A DNA stretch of 64,000 nucleotides from Chrysomallon squamiferum (taxonomy: Eukaryota; Animalia; Mollusca), in the NCBI GenBank assembly GCA_012295275.1, contig CM022676.1, positions 7,812,001-7,876,000 of the forward strand, given 5' to 3'. The first letter of the stretch is position 1, and every line of letters begins with the position of its first letter. A program made the translations under genes and the position numbers. Below, in pieces: positions 54,291 to 64,000 of this stretch. The notes beneath the pieces were generated by a model. It saw only the letters and a program-made list of their open reading frames with translations, was not told where the DNA came from and did not search any database.

Positions 54291-55112
54291 TATTCTTTTG
54301 TAGTTTTGATGTCATTAAATATATTCGTACATTTTAAATACGATCCAACCCGTTTATTTCAAAATGAAAAACCCACAAGTACGCCCTAACTCTATGGAGG
54401 GACACTCCACGAACTTTTACAAAAATCATCATAAAAATCATCATATATAACCATGCCTTATTCAGTCTAAACTGAGTATAAAAATATGAAAAACACAAAA
54501 GTATCACACAAAAATTAAACCTTACATAGATATGGTTTACCAAACAGTGTTGCAAATGCTGTTGTTAGTATAGAAAACTGGAAATATTGTTTTATTCTGC
54601 AATTGTTAGCCATGAATTTCATTTCTCATATTATACAAGATAATAGACAATTTCGTGACGTCACGATCCCACGTGAGAGAAAAAAATACAAAAAAAGAAA
54701 GAAAGAAAGAAAAAATGAAATAAAATAGCGAATGTGAGTAATATTTCATTTCTTGGACATCATCGAGAGAAGACATTATTGAGATTGATCAAATTTGTTT
54801 CTTTTTTTTTAATGTGTAAGTGTGTAGATACTTTAATTTTACAAGATGAATATCCCGAGATTTTAACATAGTTAAGTTACAGAATAGTTATGAATGATAC
54901 AAATTCGCGATTGGCAACTCATTAAAATGTTTATAACTTTTCTCACAGGTAGCTATTGACATAGTTCAAGTCTTGTGTGACTGTAGAAATTGAATATATG
55001 AAGTCTTTGTATTTTAGTATAAACATTTAACAATATAATCTTGCTTAATTTTTCAGGAAAGTGCCTTAAGAAGCGTGTGTTTAACAAATGAATCTGTGTT
55101 CTTCTTTATCGC

Positions 55113-55198
55113 TTACTCATTTCTTCTGCAGGAGAGGGTCACGTATACAGGATAATATAGATTCTCTGTATCTTCGCGTACAGCTGATGTTTGATAGT
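55113..55198 (-). CDS. G3 terminal tail exon
   Basis: YQTSAVREDTENLYYPVYVTLSCRRNE*. Confidence 0.65.
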
Positions 55199-55403
55199 CT
55201 GAAACATGGAATGAAATTATGCTATGGTTTATATAAAAGTTGTCATGTGCGGAGCAAAACAATAATCGCAATAATGTGTGTGTGTGTGTGTGTGTGTAAA
55301 TAAATACACACTCGCGCATACACAAACACATTGTATTTGTTTATATACATATAGAGAGATAAGAATGTGTTTCTATAGCTGTATTGATGTGTGTCTATAT
55401 GTA

Positions 55404-55434
<31 letters not shown>

Positions 55435-57025
55435 GCATATGCATATATAAGTATGTATTTATGTACATATATGTATGTAATATGCATGCGTATACGTATG
55501 TGTGTGTATATATGTATGTATGTATTAAATTGTATCAGAAAATCGGTTAGAAACTAAAATTCCTTTAGAATTGATTTGTTTTTTTCTGTAAGCTATGACA
55601 GGAAATGCTGTTACAGAATTTTTCATATTAGTCTGTAAGTTAAAATCTTATTTCTTCATAATGTTTACTAGCGTCAATCTCAAAAAATATTTTATCTCTC
55701 TTTTTCTATTTTCCCGATTCAACATTTATTCCAAATGGCTTTTCTGGTTGTAATGTGCGAATACAAAACGCTTCTCAGTCGAATCTAAAAAGGTCAGTTT
55801 CAGTTTCTGTACTGAGAATATCAATTTGCTCTATTGGGATTATTTCAAAATGATCGTCCAGTATATGGTCAGGTAGGTCAAAATATTTGGCGACAGGAAT
55901 GTCAACATTATCCACAATATCGTATTTGTGACAAACAGTTCTAACTCGTAACATATTTTATATGGCCAACACATTTCATTTTCTTTTTTCTTTTTCCTAA
56001 ATTGCATATTAGGAAATACAGAACATTTTTGAAATCACGGTCTAGGTTAGTTCGGATTTGTTTTTCAGTTTTTGTTTGTTCTGTACTGAATTTACATTGA
56101 GATTTTATTATCCTTGTTTAATTTTTTTATCAAAGGGTCTTACGAAGTGTTTGATTAAGAAACAATATTTATTTTCTTCTTTACCATTCATTAATATCAA
56201 TTCACTTACTGTCAGGCGTTACGACGTATTCCGGAACATAATATCGTCTTTCATTTAGATACTTATGTAGATTCTTTGTGACTTGACGTTCAGCTGCAAG
56301 CGCAGTCTTATTACCTGAAACATGGAATGAAATTATGTTTTCCTTTAAATAAAAATTGTTATGTGCAGAGATAACAATAATCGCATTAATATGTATGTGT
56401 GTACGTGTGTGTGTTTATGTGTGTGTATACATATATAAAAATATACGAGTGTGCGCGCGCACACACACACACACACAAGTGTATATCAATTTAAAAAATG
56501 TATTTTTTTACATTTAACTTATCTATCTTTGCATATCTACCTATGCATATGCACATAAGAATGTGTTTTTATATATATATATCGATGTGTAAATATGTAT
56601 ATATATATATATAGGTGCACATAGTAAGTATATGTGTGTATATGCATATATATGTATGTGTCTTTGAATGTATGTATGTATACATTGATTTATGTAGGTT
56701 TGTGTATTTTAGGATTTGAATATTCTCTGTCTTATGTACGTCTGATTACACTCATCGCAATAATCTGTGTATGTATGTGTGTATATAAATAGATACACGC
56801 ACATACACACATACATATATCTATCTATATACATACTCAGACTAATACTGTGTTTCTATAGATGTATTGATGTGTGTTTGAATGTATGTAATTTTTGGAA
56901 TCACAGTCCATGTTAGTTCGGATTTAATTTTCAGTTTTAGTTTGTTCTCTACTGAATATACCCTGATATTTTATTAAGCTTGTTTAATTTTTTGGTCAAA
57001 GTGCCTTACTAATGTTTGATTCAGA

Positions 57026-57090
<65 letters not shown>

Positions 57091-57421
57091 TAATAATAAT
57101 AATAATAATTTTTTATGTCAGCCATATATTTATCAGGTGGCAGAAATGTATAGGTGATCTGAAAAACAGGTTTGATGATTCTACATAAACAAATTGTGTC
57201 AGTTACACTTGATTTATCTCCCCTTCACTGTACTGGTAAGTGTAATTCAAATGCTAAAACATATAAGTAAATATACATACTAACAAAGAAACAAACAAAT
57301 GAAGGAAATAATGAACAAACGAGCAAATGGATGAATGAATACATAAAGAAAGAATACAAAATCAAAAAAAAAAATAAAATAATAATAATAATAATAAAAA
57401 TGAAACAAACAAACAAACAAA

Positions 57422-57464
<43 letters not shown>

Positions 57465-58203
57465 ATACTCCTTTTATATCGAACGTAGAGAACAACGGCA
57501 ATGATGATGACAACGAAGAGAACAAAGCAAGAGCAAGAAATTCCAAAACCGATGGCAGCTGCTTTTACTAAATTACTGCTGTCCTCTACAGAGCGCGCTG
57601 AAAAACATTTAATAAAAAATGTGAGATTAAACTAATACATTATTTATATATTTTCAGTAGGTAGGTAATTTGTGTTTGTTATTATTAATATATCAGCGGA
57701 GATTAGCTAATTGTTTATTTCGTATAGTTAAGGTATCTTTCTGCTAAGGTATTGTTTCTGTATCTTTATTTATTTCACGCTTATTTATTTTATATCAACC
57801 ATTCTGATTTTACACACATCTCTTTTCTTTTCTATAATTCTCTATTTATCTGTAACTCTGTCCTTGTCTGGTTGGTTTTTCTGTCTGATTTTTCTTTCAT
57901 TCTTTACGTCAGTCTATCCATAGATGCATCCATCCATCCATCCAAGCACAGACTCACTATCTAAATATTTGTAAATATATAATTATGTATGTAAGAGAGA
58001 ATGTGTACATACTTAGATACATATACATACATATGTACATACATACATACATACATACATACATGCATACATGCATACATACATGGATTCGTACGTAGAG
58101 ACAATCTGGCAGAAACAAATACACAATAACATACATTCCTATAAACGTACATAGGTACACATATTTATTCATACATATAAACACATATAGACACACGTAC
58201 ATT

Positions 58204-58267
<64 letters not shown>

Positions 58268-59612
58268 ATTAAATGCTAAATAAAAATTAATTAAAACTTA
58301 CACTTAACATTAATAATAATTCGTTTATGTGCTGATTGGTTCGTATCCGGATTAACAGCAATGCATGTGTAGACGCCATCTTGAAATCTCGTGATACTAG
58401 TCAGTGCCAGTAGTCCGTTGTTACTTACAATCTGATTGGTCAGTTCCCAGCTGTAAAGGCATTTGATAAAGCAATCGGCTTTGCATGATATTCTGACATC
58501 ACTTCCTTCCTCTACTGTGATGTCAGATGAAGAATTGACTCGAAGTGAGCTGCCGGGGCCATCTGTAAAGAAAAATAATAATAAAACAATATAAAAAAAA
58601 CCCCTAAAATATAATAATAATAAAAAATAAAACTAGAACGTTGAATACATCAATGATTAATTTTTGTTTTTTGTTTTTATCAACATGATTCTCCTCATCA
58701 TTATTATTATTGTTATGAAGATGAATGATGATGATGATGGTGAGACTACTGCTGATAATAACAAATTAAATTCAACTAAACTGAATTAAGATACCTCTAA
58801 CTTTCAAAACGACTCTGTTACTCGAATATTGGTGATCGATATCTTCACATCGCCAAATATATCCTTTTTGATTTCTGTGGACAGACTTTACAGTAACCTG
58901 AAACTTGTCAGCAAAACAACTGAAATTGTAATTTTTACTAAAACGTGACATAACACCACAGTGTCCGGACCCAGAATTTAACACGTCATAGGTGACGTCA
59001 TCCACAAACCACGTGACGCGATCTGAATATTGGTAAATCTGACATGTGAACGTAAAAGAATGTCCGCTGATAGCGTATGGCGCGGACCCTCGAAGTTCTG
59101 GCGGACCTGAAAGTAAACTGTAAACAGTAAACCCAAAAGTCCACATACACGTCCATCCAGACGCGCAAACACACATATAAATACACACATAATGTAAAGT
59201 GTATCATAACAAAAGTGACTCAGACCGGATATTCGCACGTAAACATTTATAACTTGTTCTCTGATGTTTTAAACACACACCTCTAACAAATATTCAGTTG
59301 CCTGTTTATTTTATCATTCTTATTTTTACTATAATTAGATTCTTACTTACGATGTACAGTCAAATCAAGGTTTTGTTTTGCAGTTTTTTTCGTATCTGGA
59401 TTTTCAGCTGTACAGACATAGAGACCTGATTGTGATTTATTAATATTAGCCAACGAGAGAACGCCCGTGTTACTTATGACGTCATCTACGCGCTTCCACT
59501 GATAATTACACTTGATGGAACACGTCGCCGAACAAGACACTGTGACGTCACTTCCTTCCACAGCAGTCACAACAGACGAAGTATTCAGCTTGAGTGATTT
59601 TCCAGGACCATC

Positions 59613-59670
<58 letters not shown>

Positions 59671-60885
59671 CATTATCAACAGCATCCTCTTCCTCCTCAT
59701 CGACAGTATGCATAATCATCATTTTATACTTACTGATAGTAGCAATTATGGATGTTTCGTTGTAATAGTTGTGATGACGAAATATTTGAGTTGTTGCTGT
59801 TGACATCATCATTACTAGTACTGTCACCACATTTTGTTTATTTATTTATTTATTTATTTTGTTAATATTTTAGCCGATTTAAAATAATAGTAATAGGAAT
59901 AAAATAAAATAAAATAATAAAATAAAATACTAAATTAAAATTAAAATATTCTGTATCTAGATATGAACTCACATTTAATGTATACGTACATATCTGTTTA
60001 AGCATATAATTCTTTCATATAAAAATATAAACATATATATTAATAATTCTTATCATCTGTAATTATAATCTATAAAAAAATAAAGGTTTTTGACCTCTGA
60101 TTTCAGGTATTATTTTCTTTTATTGAGATGTATTGCGTAGTTACCAGTAACGGTACATATTTCCTAAAGTGATAATTATAAACATAAATCTGGTAAAACA
60201 GTTGATTTACAGAATTGTTTTATTTTACTGAGATACAATGTTTAGTTATCATTAACAGAACATATTTCCTAGAAAGATAATTATAAACATAAAACTGATA
60301 ATACATATGACTTCCAGAATTGTTTAGTTTTATTCAGTTTATCGCTTAGTTATCATTAACAGTACATATTTTTATGTCTCACCTTTTGTGGTTGTTTTTT
60401 AACAATATTTAACAGGCGCAATAATAATATTAATAATAAATAAGGTAATTTTACCTCTCATTTCTAGTTTTGTTTCCTTGCTTTTGTTTTGTTAACAAGA
60501 TTTACTACTTATAATAATAATAATATTAATAATAAATAAGTTAATTTTACCTCTCACTTCAAGTTTTATTTCATTGCTGAGTCCTCCCTCATCACGATAT
60601 CTCCACACAGTTCCTTGTTGACTTAGTTGGACAGATTTGATTATGAGGAGATTTATATCAGGTGAACAGTAAAAAGTGTATTCTTTCGGATGTTGACCAT
60701 AAAAATCACAGAGACCATTTCTCCCCAGTACACGCATCCTGTATTCTATATTATTCACAAACCAGGTAATGTTAGGAGAACCATTTCCTCGACCGGTAAA
60801 AGTAAAAGGTGATCCAACAATTGCATATCTGCCTGATGTTGTTAATCTACAATTCTGATCTAAGTTAAAAGAAAAAAGAAGGTAC

Positions 60886-60981
<96 letters not shown>

Positions 60982-61815
60982 CTGTGTGTGTGTGAATACA
61001 TATATATATAAAAATTAAATTAATCTAAATCAATTTTTTATAATTACATTTTTACTTGGCTACAAGTATGTTATGTTATGCTATGGTATGCTGTATTGTT
61101 ATGTTATGCTATGTTAGGTTATATTATGTTATGTTCTGTTATTTTTTTCAGATTTTAACAGATATATTTCATGAGTTCAGCTGACACAGTTATACATTTA
61201 ATTTTACATCAGTCATCTAGAAATGACGGTAAGTTCACCCAGATTTCAAAGTTTGTAAATTAATCGAGATTAACTCAGATAGAGATAAATAATCTGAATA
61301 TAAAACACATACCTTGAACGTACAATACACATCCCAGTAACACGAACAGTACTTACAACTCATTTCCAATGTTTTAGTTTTCACTGCCGTTAATAAAAGT
61401 ATAGTTTCACGATTTCACTGCTGTTAATATTATTTGTAATACATTCTGTAGGTGGTTGAATATATTTTTCAATACACCAGATGCAGTCGATTGCATCGAG
61501 CAACCTAAATACAGCTCTAGGACATGACATACAGCGATGTATGTTTATAGATAATTATGGTCAGAATGTGTTTTTTTTTGTTTTTTTGTTTTATATATTT
61601 GTACTTCCGAAGGTAGTTTCCTTTCTAGGTATGTTTGTATTTATGCATGTGTGTAGATATGTACGTATGTAAGTAGCCGAGTATGTATGTATGTATATTA
61701 GTTTTATGTGTGTATGTTTGTACGTACGTATATTTGTAATTAGGAGGTAGGTAGAGAGGTAGTTAGGTGTATGTATATTTGCGTTTGTTCATATTTGTCT
61801 GTAGGTATGTATGTC

Positions 61816-61870
<55 letters not shown>

Positions 61871-63585
61871 AAATATATATATATATGTATATATATATGT
61901 ATAAATTTATGTCTAACTATTTAATTATCTATCTGTGTATCTGCGCATGTCTGCCTCTGTATATGTTTGTGTGTGTGTGTAAGTTTCCCTGTGTATTTGT
62001 ATAAAATAAAAATGTTTTCAGGTGATAATTTCAGAATAAATTTCGTGTTCCGATGCACCAAACAAGCTTTATATTGTAATAATGCAATCTAAAGTGATAT
62101 AACTATGTATAATATAACGTAATATACCGTAGCAGATTAGAATATGCTTATATACTAAAGAACTTTATACTGAATATAGTATGATACAGTACAGTATAGT
62201 AATATATATTTTAATACAGAATAGTATAATATAGAATATAAAATATAGTGTAGTATAGTGTAACTCATCATAACAGCATACCATAGCATAGCACAGCATA
62301 ACATAGCATAGCATAGTATAGGATTGTCTAGTATATTATACTGCAGTTAAATTTAGTAGAACACAGAATAATACTGCAAAAACACTGTAAAATTTAATAT
62401 AGTATAGTTTAATATAGTAAATAATGATAATAATAAAATACATAAATACATTTTTAAAAATTAAAATATATATCTACTAAACAAATATATTATTATTTTC
62501 TTCTATTGTATTATTATATATTACTTATGCATTATACTCACTTTTTAATAACTGTATAATAATTATAATGAATTGCATTCTACTCTTTATGTAACATTAT
62601 ATTATTTTACCGTGAAATAGACTACTTAGCACTGAATTATATTACATTACATTACGTAATATAATATCACATTGTATGAAATTATATTACACTGCATAAC
62701 ATTACTTTATATTATCATAATTGCTTTTCATTCCCGTTTAATCTATATAACGTTTTGCGTCAAAGAAAAAGAAACTTCTGATGTTTAGTATATAGAGAAA
62801 TTATACAGAGAAAGTCTAAAACTATGCTGGTTAGGAATAGAATATAAGAATTAACTGCCAGTATGCAATCAAGTGTCATTAAATCATAATTGTATTTATG
62901 AAGTGATCCCATCAACGTAACCAAGAATTCACTGTATTAATTTCTTCTGCATTATCAACGTAATCATGGTTTATGACCTCAGATTTCAAATAATGTGTTT
63001 TATTGAGATGTTTTGCTTAGTGATCATTAACGGTGCATATTTACTAGAAAGATAATTATAAATATGGAACGGATAATACATCTACATCCAGTATTGTTTT
63101 GTTTTATTGAGATGTATTGTTTAGTTATCAGTAGCAATATATATTTCCTAGAATGGTAATTATGAACAAAACACCTCTGAGTTATAGTACTGTCCAGTTT
63201 TATTGAGTTTATTGTTTAATTATCATAAACACTATGTATTTCCTAGAATGTTAATAATAAAACTGATTTTTACCTCTCACTTCCAGGTTTATTACATTGC
63301 TGCGTGGCCTGTAATCACCACATCTCCACACTGTTCCTTGTTGACTGAGGCTGACAGATTTTACTATGAGGAGATTTGTGTCATTTGAACAGCGAAAACT
63401 GTGTACTTTTGGATGTTCACCCAAAACATAACACTGAGTATAGTTTTCTAATACACGAATCCTGTATTCTGTGTTATTCACGAACCAGGTAACTGTACGA
63501 GAAGGAAAATCACTCTGACAGATGAAAGTAAAAAGTGATCCAACAACTGCATATGGGCCTGATGTTGTTAATCTATAATGCTGAC
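55113..63585 (-). CDS. Gene G3 (5'-partial): V-V'-C2-V-C2-TM-tail, all exons in frame
   Basis: Exons 63585-63274, 60859-60551, 59611-59351, 59106-58795, 58562-58302, 57597-57469, 56314-56210 and 55198-55113 (stop). All join in phase 1 with no stops. The signal exon is expected beyond 64000. Confidence 0.7.
56210..56314 (-). CDS. G3 105-nt tail exon with the ITAM tyrosines replaced
   Basis: NKTALAAERQVTKNLHKYLNERRYYVPEYVVTPD|gtaagt. Confidence 0.65.
57469..57597 (-). CDS. G3 transmembrane exon (uncharged)
   Basis: RSVEDSSNLVKAAAIGFGISCSCFVLFVVIIIAVVLYVRYKR; 129 nt. Confidence 0.8.
58302..58562 (-). CDS. G3 membrane-proximal C2 exon
   Basis: DGPGSSLRV...CKADCFIKCLYSW...DGVYTCIAVN...IIINVK; 261 nt. 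Confidence 0.85.
58795..59106 (-). CDS. G3 inner V-like exon
   Basis: PPELRGSAPYAISGHSFTFTCQIY...IWRCED...VVLKVR; 312 nt. Confidence 0.85.
59351..59611 (-). CDS. G3 first C2 exon
   Basis: DGPGKSLKL...CSATCSIKCNYQW...SGLYVC...LTVH; 261 nt. Confidence 0.8.
60551..60859 (-). CDS. G3 V' exon lacking both canonical Ig cysteines
   Basis: DQNCRLTTSGRYAIVGSPFTFTGRG...TVWRYRDEGGLSNEIKLEVR; 309 nt. Confidence 0.8.
61313..61363 (-). pseudogene. Vestigial internal signal-peptide exon (7 nt short, out of frame)
   Basis: 51 nt versus 58 nt in the intact copies; the same lesion occurs at 45525-45575. Confidence 0.75.
63274..63585 (-). CDS. G3 N-terminal V-like exon
   Basis: GQHYRLTTSGPYAVVGSLFTFICQSDFPSRTVTWF...TVWRCGDYRPRSNVINLEVR; 312 nt, open. 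Confidence 0.85.
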
Positions 63586-64000
63586 CTTAAATTAGAAGAA
63601 ACAAATTAAAAAAAAAATAATTTATATATTATAATTAAAATTAAAATAAATTCATATAAACAAAGTTATTTTTTTGTTATTACATATTTTCTATGTTACA
63701 GTACGCTGTATAATGGACGGATATTAAGCAGTGACGTTATGTTATGTAATGTTGACTTATATTACATTACATCCTATTATATCATATCGTATCATTGTAC
63801 TATTTTCTATAGTAGTATATTATATTGTACGACATTATTTTATATTATCAAAATTGCCTTTCTTTCTGGTTTAATGTATATGTTTTGCGCCAAAATAAGA
63901 AACTGCTGATGTTTAGCATGTAGACAAATATATACGTTATCATGAATTCACTGTATTAATGTGTACTGCGTTATCATGTAATTCACTGTATTAATGTGTA

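Noticed and set aside
917-58202. Dozens of ORFs rich in Y/I/C/V/H/T or poly-I/Y/N
   Set aside because: They are translations of (TA)n, (CA)n, (TATG)n, (AAT)n and (GA)n microsatellites in introns.
29992-63585. V(D)J-like rearranging locus
   Set aside because: Each V exon is complete through the G strand and has its own splice donor. I saw no heptamer-spacer-nonamer signals or J segments.
2020-63585. Single Dscam-like gene with mutually exclusive exon arrays
   Set aside because: Exons occur on both strands and repeat as whole signal-to-TM units, not as arrays of one exon type.

Overview
Eukaryotic genomic DNA, very AT-rich and dense in microsatellites. It is probably an invertebrate animal; the species cannot be determined from the sequence alone. 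The window is a tandem and inverted cluster of one family of intron-containing immunoglobulin-superfamily (IgSF) type I membrane receptors, which I assembled by hand from GT-AG splice sites and phase-1 symmetric exons. The + strand carries a truncated upstream copy, gene A (signal-V-C2-C2-TM) and a damaged copy B. The - strand carries an apparently intact 11-exon, 568-aa gene G1 (signal-V-C2-V-C2-TM-tail), a frameshifted paralog G2, and G3, whose exons are in frame but whose 5' end lies beyond the window. The paralogs have related ectodomains but different signalling ends. G1 has two exon-encoded ITAM-consensus motifs. G2 has ITIM and ITSM consensus motifs. G3 has a tail in which the ITAM tyrosines are replaced. 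A and B have a lysine in the middle of the TM helix and no recognisable tyrosine-motif exons. This resembles vertebrate paired activating/inhibitory receptor clusters. Also present are segmental duplications, vestigial exons, Tigger, Tc1, piggyBac and hAT transposon remnants, and minisatellites. Most ORFs in the supplied track are microsatellite artefacts.
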